Positions 51,644-62,613 of a stretch of 64,000 nt of DNA are shown here, piece after piece (position 1 is the stretch's first letter; each line of letters opens with the position of its first letter). The stretch spans positions 1,383 to 65,382 of the forward strand of contig DUOD01000063.1 in the NCBI GenBank assembly GCA_012838995.1. Reading direction: 5' to 3'. The notes beneath the pieces were generated by a model. The model worked only from the letters and a program-made list of their open reading frames with translations. It made no database searches and was not told the DNA's origin. Source of the DNA: Clostridiales bacterium (GTDB lineage Bacteria; Bacillota; Clostridia; DUOD01). Made by a program: the position numbers and the translations under genes.

Positions 51644-53623
51644 CTACATTGATTTTTCCAATTCAATTATCCTGTCCCTATACTTGGCCGCCTTTTCGAA
51701 TTCAAGGTTGGCAGCCGCTTCATGCATCCTCTGCTTAAGTTCGTTAATAACTTCTTCCTTGTCTTCAGGGGTAAGCCTATCAACTTCATCATCAATTTTG
51801 TATTTACCTTCCTGCTCTGCCACCGCAACGGCGGTTTCGATTACATCGTATATGTCCTTCTTAATTGTGCGGGGCGTTATGTTATGCTTCCTGTTGTACT
51901 CCATTTGTATGGCCCGCCTTCTGTTGGTTTCATCGATGGCCCTTTTCATGGAATTGGTAATAACGTCGGCGTACATTATAACCTTACCCTCGGCGTTACG
52001 GGCAGCCCGGCCAATGGTCTGGATCAACGAGGTCTCCGATCTTAAAAAACCTTCCTTATCGGCATCCAAAATGGCCACCAAAGATACTTCGGGCAGGTCG
52101 AGGCCCTCCCTTAAAAGGTTAATTCCAACCAAAACATCAAACACACCCTTGCGCAGGTCGCGGATTATTTCCATACGCTCTATGGTGTCTATATCCGAAT
52201 GTAGGTATCTCACCTTTATACCGCTCTCCCTGAAGTAATCGGTCAAGTCTTCGGCCATCTTCTTTGTCAATGTGGTAACAAGCACCCTCTGGTTCTTTGA
52301 TGCCCTGCTTTTAATCTCGCCAAACAGGTGGTCTATCTGCCCCTCAACCGGTCTGACCTCCACTTCCGGGTCCACCAGGCCGGTGGGGCGTATTACCTGT
52401 TCCACCACCTGACCGGAACGCTCCAGTTCATAGGGCCCCGGCGTGGCACTGACACACAATACCTGGTTTATCTTACTTTCAAATTCCTCGAAGGTGAGGG
52501 GCCTGTTATCGTAGGCCGCCGGCAGCCTGAAACCGTATTCTACCAAAGAATCCTTTCTGGATTTATCTCCGGCATACATCGCCCTAATCTGAGGTATGGT
52601 AACATGGGATTCGTCTATTATCATCAAATAATCATCGGGGAAATAATCTATAAGGGTAAAGGCCGGCTGGCCGGGCTGCCGGCCGTCCAAGTACCTGGAA
52701 TAATTCTCTATACCCTGGCAATAACCTATTTCCCGCATCATTTCTATATCGTAATTGGTCCGCTGCAATAGCCGCTGTGCCTCCAGCAGCTTGTTATTGG
52801 CCTTAAAATAGTTCACCCGTTCCTCTAAATCCTTCTCTATTTCCCTAATGGCCCTTTCCAGCCTTTCCTTTGTGGTGGTGTAGTGGGAAGCGGGAAATAT
52901 GGCAGCATGTATCCTATGGTTAAGCACCTCACCGGTTATAACATCTATCTCGGATATCCTGTCTATCTCATCCCCAAAGAATTCTATCCTTATTGCCCTG
53001 TCCGACGAAGAAGCCGGAAACACTTCCAGGACATCCCCCCGTACCCTGAAGGTACCCCTTACGAAATTTATATCGTTTCTGTCATACTGTATATCCACCA
53101 ACTGTCGTATTACATCATCCCGATCCTTTGTCATGCCCGGTCTTAAGGAAACCATTAAATTCTTATAAATATTGGGATCACCAAGACCGTATATGCACGA
53201 CACACTGGCCACGATGATTACATCCCGTCGTTCCAGCAGGGCCGCGGTGGCCGAATGCCTGAGCTTGTCTATCTCATCGTTTATGGAAGCGTCCTTTTCT
53301 ATGTATGTGTCCGAGGAAGGAACATAGGCCTCGGGCTGGTAGTAATCGTAATAGCTGACAAAATACTCCACCGCATTATTGGGGAAAAATTCCCTAAACT
53401 CATTGCACAATTGGGCGGCCAGGGTTTTGTTATGGGCGATAACCAATGTGGGGCGCTGTACCCGTTGTATAACATTGGCCATGGTAAAGGTCTTGCCCGA
53501 ACCGGTAACACCCAGCAACGTCTGGTATTTGTAGTTCTTATTAAGCCCGTCAACCAATTTATCTATGGCCGCCGGCTGGTCACCGGTGGGCTTAAATTTA
53601 GAGTTTATCTCAAACTTTTTCAT
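51644..53623 (-). CDS. uvrB: Excinuclease ABC subunit B (start at MKKFEI)
   Basis: [10 protein letters not shown], helicase motifs, C-terminal UVR domain. Confidence 0.97.
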   Translation of the reverse strand: MKKFEINSKFKPTGDQPAAIDKLVDGLNKNYKYQTLLGVTGSGKTFTMANVIQRVQRPTLVIAHNKTLAAQLCNEFREFFPNNAVEYFVSYYDYYQPEAYVPSSDTYIEKDASINDEIDKLRHSATAALLERRDVIIVASVSCIYGLGDPNIYKNLMVSLRPGMTKDRDDVIRQLVDIQYDRNDINFVRGTFRVRGDVLEVFPASSSDRAIRIEFFGDEIDRISEIDVITGEVLNHRIHAAIFPASHYTTTKERLERAIREIEKDLEERVNYFKANNKLLEAQRLLQRTNYDIEMMREIGYCQGIENYSRYLDGRQPGQPAFTLIDYFPDDYLMIIDESHVTIPQIRAMYAGDKSRKDSLVEYGFRLPAAYDNRPLTFEEFESKINQVLCVSATPGPYELERSGQVVEQVIRPTGLVDPEVEVRPVEGQIDHLFGEIKSRASKNQRVLVTTLTKKMAEDLTDYFRESGIKVRYLHSDIDTIERMEIIRDLRKGVFDVLVGINLLREGLDLPEVSLVAILDADKEGFLRSETSLIQTIGRAARNAEGKVIMYADVITNSMKRAIDETNRRRAIQMEYNRKHNITPRTIKKDIYDVIETAVAVAEQEGKYKIDDEVDRLTPEDKEEVINELKQRMHEAAANLEFEKAAKYRDRIIELEKSM

Positions 53624-53842
53624 ATAATCTCCCCTCAACTTTCATGGTATATAATTATAGCACATTTTCAAAACAATTAGAACACCAGTTCGAATGGAAC
53701 GGGTGCCGCCTAAAGTAGTAGAATAATCGAATTTGGTATATAATAGAACATAAATACTAAGGGAATAAAATACGGATATCCTTCAAAAGAGAATTTTTTA
53801 TATCGATATACACCTTTTTTGTATGGAGAGTGGAGAATATAT

Positions 53843-55594
53843 ATGAAAAATATCCTTCGTTTACTTAAGTTTTCTAAAAAATATTGGCCCATACTGATAA
53901 TAGCAACGGTAAGCCTGTTCATAGTTACCGGGCTTAACCTCGTTTCGCCCCTTGTGGTCCGACGGGTAATCGCAGTTTTAACCGGCGGAAGTGCCAGGAG
54001 TCCTCAGCTTATGGACACCATAAAAAGATCGGCTGTCCTTTTGGCAATTATTTATCTGGCCAGGGCCTTTTTCCAATATCTGTCCAGGTATTTAAACCAC
54101 GTGGCGGCATGGAACGTCGTGTCCGATATGAGGGTAAAACTATACAACCATTTGCAAAAACTCTCCCTGGGCTTTTACCAGGACAAACAAACGGGGCAGC
54201 TGATGTCCAGGATAGCCAACGACACAGCAACCTTTGAATTATTAATCGCCCATGCCATACCCGACCTTATTGTAAACGTCCTGATACTGATAGGCGTTAT
54301 TGTAATAATCTTTATACTGAACTCCACCCTTGCGGTTATGACCTTGATTCCCATACCCCCTTTGGTGTTTTTAGGCCTTGGTTTCATAAGAAAAGTGCTT
54401 CCTTCCTTTAGAAAGGCCCAAAGGACACTGGCGGATTTCAACGCCGTCATTCAAGACAACCTTTCGGGAATAAAGGAAATCCAAGCCTTCAACCAACAAA
54501 AACGGGAGAGCAAAAGGGTGGAAAGGGGTGCCAGAAACTATGCCCGGGCCATCCTGAGGGCCCTTCGTATGAGTGCGGTATTCCACCCGTCGATAGAGTT
54601 GTTGGGGGCTTTGGGCACGGTAATAGTAATAGGTTGGGGTGGAATAATGGGTATAAAAGGAGCAATAAATATCGAGGACTTGGTGGCCTTTCTATTGTAC
54701 CTGGGTATTTTCTACCAGCCCATATACGTGTTGGGCAGAGTGGTGGAAGACCTCCAACACGGTGCGGCCGGTGTGGAAAGGGTGTTTGAAATACTGGATA
54801 CCCAGTCGGATGTAACCGAAATACAAAATCCCATTGCCCTGCCGAGGGCCAAGGGTAAGATAAGCTTTAACAACGTAAGCTTTCAATACACCGATAACAA
54901 GCCGGTGCTGGATAACGTATCCTTTACAATAAACCCGGGGGAAATGGTGGCCTTTGTGGGACCCACCGGCGTGGGCAAAACCACCATCATCAGCCTGCTG
55001 GTAAGGTTTTATGATGTGACGGAGGGCAGTATAACCCTGGACGATATCGACATACGGAATTTGAAGTTGGCAGATCTTAGGAATAACATAAGCATGGTGC
55101 TTCAGGATGTGTTTCTCTTTAACGGCACCGTGGCCGAAAATATTGCATATGGCAGCCAAGGGGCAACCATGGAGGACATAATAAGGGCTGCAAAAATCGC
55201 CCGAGCCCATGATTTCATCGAAAAGCTGCAAGACGGATATGATACCCAAATAGGCGAGAGGGGTTTTAAACTGTCCGGCGGACAGAAACAGCGCCTGTCC
55301 ATAGCCAGGGCAGTGCTACGGGATACACCCATATTGGTACTGGACGAAGCCACCGCTTCGGTGGACGTGGAAACCGAACTGGAAATACAAAGGGCGATAA
55401 ACAATCTGGCCAAAACGAGAACTATATTGGTTGTAGCCCATAGATTATCCACGGTAAAAAAAGCGGACAGGATAATCGTATTAAAGGACGGGAAAATAGC
55501 CGAAATGGGCAACCACAACCGGTTAATGGCCCAGGACGGGCTTTATCGTCGCCTGTGTAATGCACAGCTACTGGATGATGAAAACTTGATTTGA
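53843..55594 (+). CDS. ABC transporter, fused permease/ATP-binding subunit (MsbA/multidrug-exporter type)
   Basis: 6-TM domain plus GPTGVGKTT Walker A, LSGGQKQR signature, Walker B ILVLDEATS. Confidence 0.88.
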   Translation: MKNILRLLKFSKKYWPILIIATVSLFIVTGLNLVSPLVVRRVIAVLTGGSARSPQLMDTIKRSAVLLAIIYLARAFFQYLSRYLNHVAAWNVVSDMRVKLYNHLQKLSLGFYQDKQTGQLMSRIANDTATFELLIAHAIPDLIVNVLILIGVIVIIFILNSTLAVMTLIPIPPLVFLGLGFIRKVLPSFRKAQRTLADFNAVIQDNLSGIKEIQAFNQQKRESKRVERGARNYARAILRALRMSAVFHPSIELLGALGTVIVIGWGGIMGIKGAINIEDLVAFLLYLGIFYQPIYVLGRVVEDLQHGAAGVERVFEILDTQSDVTEIQNPIALPRAKGKISFNNVSFQYTDNKPVLDNVSFTINPGEMVAFVGPTGVGKTTIISLLVRFYDVTEGSITLDDIDIRNLKLADLRNNISMVLQDVFLFNGTVAENIAYGSQGATMEDIIRAAKIARAHDFIEKLQDGYDTQIGERGFKLSGGQKQRLSIARAVLRDTPILVLDEATASVDVETELEIQRAINNLAKTRTILVVAHRLSTVKKADRIIVLKDGKIAEMGNHNRLMAQDGLYRRLCNAQLLDDENLI

Positions 55595-55708
55595 TAAAGA
55601 ATATTTTTGTGCAACAGTAAAGGGCAGCTAAGCTGCCCTTTAATTATCATGGCACGACCTAAATGGTCAATACAAATCAGCAAAGTCGAGCTGCCCCTTT
55701 ATATAATA

Positions 55709-56728
55709 TCATGCAGATTCCCTGACCACCAAAGTCGGTTGCAGCAATACCCTGTCATTTTCTACCGTTTTACCTTCTATTATTTTCAAAATCATATTCA
55801 AACCCTGCTGGGCCATGGAATATATAGGCTGGGAAACGGTAGTAAGCCTAGGGGTGACCACCGTGGCCAACGGCACGTCGTCATAGCCGATAACCGCCAC
55901 TTCCTCGGGTATTTTTACCTTAAGTTCTTTAAGCCTTTTAATGACTCCAAGGGCCACCTGGTCGGCGGTAACAAATATGGCCCTTGGCCTACCTTTCCGT
56001 AGTATCCTTTCAACGGCATTGTATCCCATTTTTATCTTGTCATATTGTTTGATCTCGATGTTAAAAAGATCATCGTTTATGGAATATCCAAAATGCTTTA
56101 GGCTGTTTATAAACCCTTCATACCTACGCTGCAAGGCGCTGTGCTGCAACGGCTCACTGATAAAGCCGATGTCCCGCCTTATGCCTATGGAATGAAGGTA
56201 TTCAACCACAAGCCTGCTGCCTTTGTGATTATCCACTTCCACGGAAGGTATATGAATATCCCCAAATTGTCCGCTGCCGTCTATTATAAGTACGGGAGTC
56301 CTGCTGTTTCGTATTTTAAAAAGGGCTTTTTCGTTTAATAATCCGTATCCCAAGATAATACCGGCTACGTGTTGCTGCAACAGATTATTTATGTATAACT
56401 CCTCCAGCTGTTGGTTGTAGGAGGTATTACACAAAAAGGTTATATACCCCTTTTTTCGGGCATTTTCTTCCACCGCCTTGGTCATCTCAGAATAATATCC
56501 GCTTTGGACATCGGGAATCAAAAGACCCAAGGTGTTGGTTTTATTTTGTTTTAAGCTTCTGGCAACGGCATTGGGAACATAGCCCAGCTCGTCTATGGCC
56601 TCTATTACTCTTTTTCTAACCTTTTCGGATATGGGAGCCGTTCCGTTTATAACATGGGAAACGGTCGCTTGGGTAACCCCGGCCCGCTTTGCAACGTCCC
56701 ACATGGTAGGCAGTCTTGATTTTCTCAT
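55709..56728 (-). CDS. LacI-family transcriptional regulator
   Basis: N-terminal HTH MWDVAKRAGVTQATVSHVIN plus periplasmic-binding-protein-like sugar-binding domain. Confidence 0.88.
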   Translation of the reverse strand: MRKSRLPTMWDVAKRAGVTQATVSHVINGTAPISEKVRKRVIEAIDELGYVPNAVARSLKQNKTNTLGLLIPDVQSGYYSEMTKAVEENARKKGYITFLCNTSYNQQLEELYINNLLQQHVAGIILGYGLLNEKALFKIRNSRTPVLIIDGSGQFGDIHIPSVEVDNHKGSRLVVEYLHSIGIRRDIGFISEPLQHSALQRRYEGFINSLKHFGYSINDDLFNIEIKQYDKIKMGYNAVERILRKGRPRAIFVTADQVALGVIKRLKELKVKIPEEVAVIGYDDVPLATVVTPRLTTVSQPIYSMAQQGLNMILKIIEGKTVENDRVLLQPTLVVRESA

Positions 56729-56811
56729 GGACTCTCCTCTTTTATTTTGTTATTCATCCAAAGCTTTAACAGCTTGGGTACCAAAGGATCAAACACCGAC
56801 GGTTTTTGGGT

Positions 56812-58233
56812 CTATTTGTTTTCAGCCAGCTTGGTGAACCTGTGGACAATGGCCAAGGCAGGATCCAGCGGCACGTCGACACCCACCGTTCCCTCAGGTA
56901 TATGGATAATGTCTACCTTCTTTAAGGTTTTGCCTTCAAACTGAGGTAGGTAAGCCTTATGGGCTTCAAACATTTCTATTGTCATATCCCTTATTTCCTT
57001 TAAGGTAAGCACGGAGGAAGTTAGGGGGTCCATGGCAATGGCGCTGAACGCCAGTTCGGGATCGCCCTTTAATGCAGCCTCCGCGGCCAGGCTCTGGACG
57101 GTTACATTGCTCTGGTTGAGGGCTGCCAGGTGAGAGGGCAGGTTGCCTATTACTACGGGGTTAAGACCGCTCCTATCGGCATATATGGGTACCTCAACAC
57201 AGCTGTCATAGGGGAGGTTGGTTATATAGCCCCTATTCATTACATTTCCGTTAAATTTAAAAACATTACCCGTTTCCAGCGCCTCTATTACGTATGAACA
57301 ATACTCCTTGCTCCTGGGCTCCAGATCGTCGCTTTCAAAGGATAAAAAGTCCACTTCTTTATACTTCTGGGCAATGGCGTTACACCATTTATAGTACGCA
57401 CCCGACGCACCGCCGAAGTCCGGCTGGTCGCAGTATAAATCCAGCGCCTTTTTATTCTTCCTGAACCAGGGAAGGTATTCGGACAAATGACCGGTGCTCT
57501 CCGTCATAAAATATCCGAAATGCCTCATAACCTCGCAACGAACCTTTTCATTTATGTAATATTCCGGCTTTTCTATATTTTCCCTCAATATGGGGTATAG
57601 ATCCTTGCCGTCCTTTTCCAGTTTCAAGAACCATGCCATATGGTTTATCCCGGCACATACATAATCGATTTCTTCTTTATCAACCCCCACGTAGCGGGCA
57701 ATCAAGTCCAAGGTGGTTTGAACGCCGTGGCATAGACCTACAAAACTGATATTGGATATCCTGCCTATGGCCAGGCACACCGTGGCCATGGGGTTTACAT
57801 AGTTTAATAGAACAGCCTTGGGGCACAGTTCCTCCATTTCCCGTAGCATGTCAACAAATACCGGTATAGTACGCAATGCCCTAAACACACCGCCGGGTCC
57901 TATGCTGTCGGCTATACACTGGTCCACACCGTACTTCATGGGTATTTCATAGTCTATCCTAAAGGCTTCAACCCCGCCGACTTGAAACATGGCGATTACA
58001 TAATCGGCATCCTTCAGCGCCTCTCGTCTGTCGGTGGTAGAATAAACCTTTGCCGGAAGGTTGTTTTTATTAATAACCCTTTTAATGTAGTTCTCCATTT
58101 TCTCCAACTTTTCCATGCTTAGGTCCATAAGAACATAGGTTGAATCCTCCAGGGCCTTTGTCGCCAACATATCATTTAACAATGTTTTACAAAATACGAT
58201 GCTACCCGCTCCAATAATAGCTATTTTGGCCAT
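56812..58233 (-). CDS. Glycoside hydrolase family 4 (NAD+/Mn2+-dependent alpha-glucosidase / alpha-galactosidase / 6-phospho-glucosidase type); start at MAKIAIIGAGS
   Basis: N-terminal Rossmann IAIIGAGS, GH4 core with conserved Cys/His (CHGVQ region). Confidence 0.85.
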   Translation of the reverse strand: MAKIAIIGAGSIVFCKTLLNDMLATKALEDSTYVLMDLSMEKLEKMENYIKRVINKNNLPAKVYSTTDRREALKDADYVIAMFQVGGVEAFRIDYEIPMKYGVDQCIADSIGPGGVFRALRTIPVFVDMLREMEELCPKAVLLNYVNPMATVCLAIGRISNISFVGLCHGVQTTLDLIARYVGVDKEEIDYVCAGINHMAWFLKLEKDGKDLYPILRENIEKPEYYINEKVRCEVMRHFGYFMTESTGHLSEYLPWFRKNKKALDLYCDQPDFGGASGAYYKWCNAIAQKYKEVDFLSFESDDLEPRSKEYCSYVIEALETGNVFKFNGNVMNRGYITNLPYDSCVEVPIYADRSGLNPVVIGNLPSHLAALNQSNVTVQSLAAEAALKGDPELAFSAIAMDPLTSSVLTLKEIRDMTIEMFEAHKAYLPQFEGKTLKKVDIIHIPEGTVGVDVPLDPALAIVHRFTKLAENK

Positions 58234-58508
58234 AATCATCCCTCCATAATATTTAATGTTTTGCTGTTGGGTCTCCTGGATGTGCCGTATCTGAAGTTTT
58301 AATACCGAGCCGGGGAATGGAAAAACTATATTTATACGTATAATTATAGTTCTACACAATTTAATAAATTCCTTCTAAAAAACAAAAAAATTCTTTTATA
58401 TAAAATTTTTCGAAAAATACCAGAATAAGCTACAATTTTTTGAATATCCATCATATAATTGAAATGGACAATTTATTCTGTTTATTACTTTGTGAAGGGG
58501 TATTAAAA

Positions 58509-59930
58509 GTGAAAAAAAGCATTTCTTGGATAATAATTATCACCATGGTTATGGTAGTATCTATATTAAATGACTGCAAAGCAGCCTTTAAGGATAATAC
58601 CCCACCACCCGCATCGGCCCCTGTCTTGGGCACCCATAACGATATTACCGTTGAAGCGGCGGCAGCGGTATTAATGGAACAAACCACCGGCAAGATATTA
58701 TATTCCAGAAACCCCCATGAAATAATGTACCCGGCCAGCACTACCAAGATATTAACAACGCTGGTGGCACTGGAAAACTCCGACACCCAAGACACGGTAA
58801 CGGTGGGAGAAGAGGTTAAGGCGGTGCCCAACCATAGCACCGTTGCCGGTTTGATACCCGGCCAAACCTATTCCATGTCCGACTTACTGCTGGCGCTGAT
58901 GTTACCCTCGGGCAATGACGCTGCCAATGCCATAGCCGTATACATAGCAAGACGGGTAAAGGATGAATCATTGGATACCGATGAGGCCATGGTGGAATTT
59001 TGTAGAATGATGAACCAAAGGGCCAGGGAGATCGGAGCCTTTAGGTCAAACTTTGTCAATCCCCATGGCTATCACGATAATAACCACTACACAACGGCCT
59101 ATGACTTGGCTTTAATCGCAAGGGAGGCCATGAATAACCCGGCCTTTAGAAGGTTGGTCAGAACACCCCACGCCGTTGTAGAAAAACCCGCCGTCGTGGA
59201 CAAAGCTGCAGAACAGTCCGATACATCGGACCAACCCGACGAAGTTTGTATCCATAGATGGACAAACGGCAACCGGTTATTAAACAGGACCAGCAAGGAT
59301 TACTATTTCCCCTATGCAACCGGCATAAAAACAGGGTTTACCACACCTGCGGGCCATTGCCTGGTTTCATCGGCCTTCAAGGACGGTTTGGAGGTCATAT
59401 CGGTGGTGCTTAAAAGTACCCAGGAAGGCAGATGGGTGGACTCAAGAAAGCTTTTGGAATACGGTCTGAATGATTGTACCTTTCACCAATTATTGAAAAA
59501 AGGTGATATTCTATGCACCCTTAACGTAACAAACCATGCTCAGGATGAACCCGGTCAAGTCAACGTAATAGCAGCCGAGGATTACAGGGATATTTTTGAT
59601 AATGAAGACATACCCAAAATCCAAAGTACCATAGTATGGAACGATGACCTTTTAAAGGATGTTGGGGACAACAGAGAAAACATCCTTTTATCCGCCCCCG
59701 TCTTTAAAGGCCAAAAACTGGGTAGGATAGTATACACCTTGGACAAAGTATTAATCAAACAAATTGACCTTGTCGCCGACCGGGATATAGAGGCAAAATT
59801 GCAACCGGATATGGAAAATACAAACACTTTGCCCCTTGGCAAACACCCCAATACAGTATTTGTTATTGGTTTGCTTATCATTTGCCCCGGAATTTTCTTT
59901 ACGGTGCGTAGGTTGAAAGCCCGTTCTTAA
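58509..59930 (+). CDS. dacB: D-alanyl-D-alanine carboxypeptidase (PBP5/DacB/DacF-type S11 peptidase) with C-terminal membrane anchor; GTG start
   Basis: ASTTK (SxxK), SGN, KTG motifs. Confidence 0.85.
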   Translation: MKKSISWIIIITMVMVVSILNDCKAAFKDNTPPPASAPVLGTHNDITVEAAAAVLMEQTTGKILYSRNPHEIMYPASTTKILTTLVALENSDTQDTVTVGEEVKAVPNHSTVAGLIPGQTYSMSDLLLALMLPSGNDAANAIAVYIARRVKDESLDTDEAMVEFCRMMNQRAREIGAFRSNFVNPHGYHDNNHYTTAYDLALIAREAMNNPAFRRLVRTPHAVVEKPAVVDKAAEQSDTSDQPDEVCIHRWTNGNRLLNRTSKDYYFPYATGIKTGFTTPAGHCLVSSAFKDGLEVISVVLKSTQEGRWVDSRKLLEYGLNDCTFHQLLKKGDILCTLNVTNHAQDEPGQVNVIAAEDYRDIFDNEDIPKIQSTIVWNDDLLKDVGDNRENILLSAPVFKGQKLGRIVYTLDKVLIKQIDLVADRDIEAKLQPDMENTNTLPLGKHPNTVFVIGLLIICPGIFFTVRRLKARS

Positions 59931-60131
59931 CAGTGCGTAGATTAAGTCCTTTTTTTCAATATGCAGGTTTAAGGCCCGTTCATAGCGATACGCAAGCCAA
60001 GAACCCGACGCCAACGATATGCAAGGCTAAGAGCCCGTTCTTAAGAATACGGAAATTGAAAACCCGTTCCTTGCAATACGCAAATTTTAGGTCAGTTCTC
60101 AACGATATGCAGGTTAAGAATCCGATAAAAA
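59903..60131. repeat. Tandem direct repeat array: about 8 imperfect copies of a 29-bp unit (approximate consensus TAYGCARRYTWARRRCCCGTTCWTAACGA), beginning inside the last codons of dacB and running through its 3' UTR
   Basis: Units found by eye at 59903, 59932, 59961, 59990, 60019, 60049, 60078, 60107; no unique spacers. Confidence 0.7.
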
Positions 60132-60179
60132 ATGCGGCCTTTGCACCCACCTTTTGGGCTGTAAAAGGCCGCATTTTTT
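60126..60179. terminator. Bidirectional terminator: 16-bp perfect stem aaaaaatgcggccttt / aaaggccgcatttttt with A-run and T-run flanks, between dacB and the convergent ATPase gene
   Basis: Read from the sequence. Confidence 0.65.
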
Positions 60180-60182
60180 TGA

Positions 60183-61283
60183 TTAATTTATATCTTTTAA
60201 ATGCTTGTTGATCTTATAAAGCACCCTGTTATTGAGGTTATCCAGTCTTTCAAAGTCCATGGCATTAACATAGTAGGCCTCTATATCATCGTGTAGTTTC
60301 TTTGCCTGATTCAGTTCGAACACCGCTTCGTCTATCAATATCTGGAAACTTTGCCTTAGCCATTTTATCTTATCCTTGTTGTTTTCATACGTTTGAATGT
60401 CCATGCAACTCAGTAAGTCAATGTCCGTCCGCTCGGTGCCCTCCCATATCCCCACTTCATGGGGGAATTCGCCGTCGGCCAAGGCCACGCTCAACTGGGG
60501 CAGTATAATCATATCCAAATTTTTAGGATTAAAAGCACAGTGGTAATACTGTATATCATACCCGTATTCCAGGGCTTTGTCGGCCACCCTTTGTATGATG
60601 GTAGACTTTCCGGTACCCGCTCCGCCCTTTAACACATAGAGCTTATTTATCCCTGCCAACAGCTCGTTGCAATAACTGACAATGCCATTGTGGGTTATGG
60701 CTCGGGCAAAGGCATGCCTTACCTTTGGAATTTTGTTAAGGCTGCTGGCCAACACTTGGTCGATTATATTATCCGCAATTTGGTTAACACCTTTAAAGTC
60801 CATACCCCTAATATATAATTGTTTAATGACTTCATAGACCGCCTTTGCATTTCTCAGGTAAAAATAAGCGTTTCCATATCTTTCCTTCATGGCGGATGTT
60901 ATGTAAACAATTTTACGTCCGTGCTGAATAAGCTTATCTTCATCCCATATATCCCCGAAATTTATCATCTCATCCACCACCCCGGGGTACATGGGATCGA
61001 TGATATGGGGTGCCGTTCCGTCTACTATGGCAATCCCCGGTTTTCTTATTATTACGCCGTCAAAGGACTGTGTATCCCCCGAACAGCATAAAAGTTCTAT
61101 ATCGTAACCCTTTTCGGTCATTTCCCGACCGATCCTTTTTATAAACGTGGATTTACCGGTGCCCGGGCCACCCTTAATAATAAATATCCTTTTCATATCC
61201 TTTAATATGTCGTTGATGAAAGAGTGGAATCCCTCGACGGTGTTCCCCCCAGGGAAGTAACGGACACTTCTACCCGGCAGCAT
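60183..61283 (-). CDS. Tandem P-loop NTPase (two Walker A motifs: GGPGTGKST and GGAGTGKST), function unknown; start at MLPGRS (SD taggagga)
   Basis: Two complete Walker A motifs about 190 aa apart; conserved hypothetical ATPase family in Firmicutes. Confidence 0.7.
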   Translation of the reverse strand: MLPGRSVRYFPGGNTVEGFHSFINDILKDMKRIFIIKGGPGTGKSTFIKRIGREMTEKGYDIELLCCSGDTQSFDGVIIRKPGIAIVDGTAPHIIDPMYPGVVDEMINFGDIWDEDKLIQHGRKIVYITSAMKERYGNAYFYLRNAKAVYEVIKQLYIRGMDFKGVNQIADNIIDQVLASSLNKIPKVRHAFARAITHNGIVSYCNELLAGINKLYVLKGGAGTGKSTIIQRVADKALEYGYDIQYYHCAFNPKNLDMIILPQLSVALADGEFPHEVGIWEGTERTDIDLLSCMDIQTYENNKDKIKWLRQSFQILIDEAVFELNQAKKLHDDIEAYYVNAMDFERLDNLNNRVLYKINKHLKDIN

Positions 61284-61346
61284 AAATATTCCTCCTATAA
61301 AAAAATTTATTGATGACTCAATAAATATTCTATGTGCCACCGGTAT

Positions 61347-62600
61347 CTAATGTGACCTCTTACTCGCCATCCTCCTTATAATCCTAAGCAACGGACTGAC
61401 GGGCTTTTTCATTTTCACCGTCCTTACCCCGCTTTTGGGTACTATAAAGGCACCTAGGCTGTTTATGCCGTCGGGATATTTTTTTATATCGTAGGTTTTA
61501 TACCTGCCCTTTACATCCACGACATCAATCCAAACATATGTGGGAAAATTTTGTAATATATCGTTCATACCGTCAATGCTATGTACCTTTCTGCCGTTAA
61601 TGGCTAAAATAATATCTCCCTGGCCGATACCCATCTCTTCGGCTGCCGAACCGGGCATGGTATCCAGCACCCTCAACCCTTCATCCACAGGATAAAACAG
61701 CGGCTTCCCCCTCTCTTCCGTTTTTATCCCATGGAGTATCAAAAGCTCGTGGCCCACAGGGGCCAATGCGGCAGCTACCCACTCAAACCCGGCAATCCTT
61801 GTGGCCAAATATGCGGCCACAATCAAGGCGGTGCTGTATAAACATAGAAATATTGCCGACTGCCGACAACGTTCTTTGGGCGGTCGAGTAACGGCTATAT
61901 CGCCGTATCCCAGAGCGGCTACAACCGACACCATAAGGAAAACGGTGTTGGAATCGTCTATTAGACTCTCCGGCCTTATAAGGGGCCACCAGTCGGGCAT
62001 TTGGATGACATCGCCGCCCGCCATGTTGCCGGTGCTCATCATGAGAATGATAATGGGTATGGGCCAAAACCTCCGCATGGTAAATGCACCCACATGGCCG
62101 TAGTCCTTGTTGTCCAGTATTATGGGCAGGCTGTTCAAGTACCCCGACATCAAAATCAGCAGACTTTCCATAAAATGTAGTATGCCTATTAAAGCAATGA
62201 GTCCGGGCACATCGATTTTAGGCACGCCAAAGGCCAAATAACATAGGGATAATAAACCGCCTGCATAGGAAAAACAAATATACCTGGGATTTATTAGCAT
62301 CAATAGAATAGCCACCGGCCATATATACAGGAAGCCGGTGGTTTCTATTGTTATGCCCAGGACAACCACCAGCACACTTCCGACAAATCCGGCAGCTATA
62401 CCATATACTAAATCAACCAGCATCTGCCTGGCAATGGTCACCCTGTGTCTGCCCAGTATTTTGTATTCCAAGCCCGCGGTCTTTTTGTTCTGAATATAGA
62501 CGATAAGCAGTACAATCAAGAACACAGGACTTAGGATAGAATGTACCAAGCCTTGGAATACATAGTTTATTAGGGAGACTATAGGGATCACGTCCATCAT
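61347..62600 (-). CDS. Polytopic membrane protein with C-terminal PDZ domain (no HExxH motif, so not a canonical site-2 protease)
   Basis: ~8 TMs; PDZ-like GSAAEEMGIGQGDIILAINGRKV; start 3 nt after the ctpB-like stop. Confidence 0.7.
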   Translation of the reverse strand: MMDVIPIVSLINYVFQGLVHSILSPVFLIVLLIVYIQNKKTAGLEYKILGRHRVTIARQMLVDLVYGIAAGFVGSVLVVVLGITIETTGFLYIWPVAILLMLINPRYICFSYAGGLLSLCYLAFGVPKIDVPGLIALIGILHFMESLLILMSGYLNSLPIILDNKDYGHVGAFTMRRFWPIPIIILMMSTGNMAGGDVIQMPDWWPLIRPESLIDDSNTVFLMVSVVAALGYGDIAVTRPPKERCRQSAIFLCLYSTALIVAAYLATRIAGFEWVAAALAPVGHELLILHGIKTEERGKPLFYPVDEGLRVLDTMPGSAAEEMGIGQGDIILAINGRKVHSIDGMNDILQNFPTYVWIDVVDVKGRYKTYDIKKYPDGINSLGAFIVPKSGVRTVKMKKPVSPLLRIIRRMASKRSH

Positions 62601-62613
62601 CCTTTACACGGTT

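Noticed and set aside
59903-60131. Possible CRISPR array
   Set aside because: Units are directly adjacent with no unique spacers. The period of 29 bp equals the repeat itself, and there are no cas genes in the window.
59933-60211. 92-aa ORF with internally repetitive peptide sequence (and 59980-60174 on the minus strand)
   Set aside because: Reading-frame artefact of the 29-bp tandem repeat array. It crosses a terminator and has no RBS.
61347-62600. Site-2 protease (M50) assignment for the PDZ membrane protein
   Set aside because: No HExxH or LDG motifs are present (HELLILH is not HExxH). Called a generic PDZ membrane protein instead.
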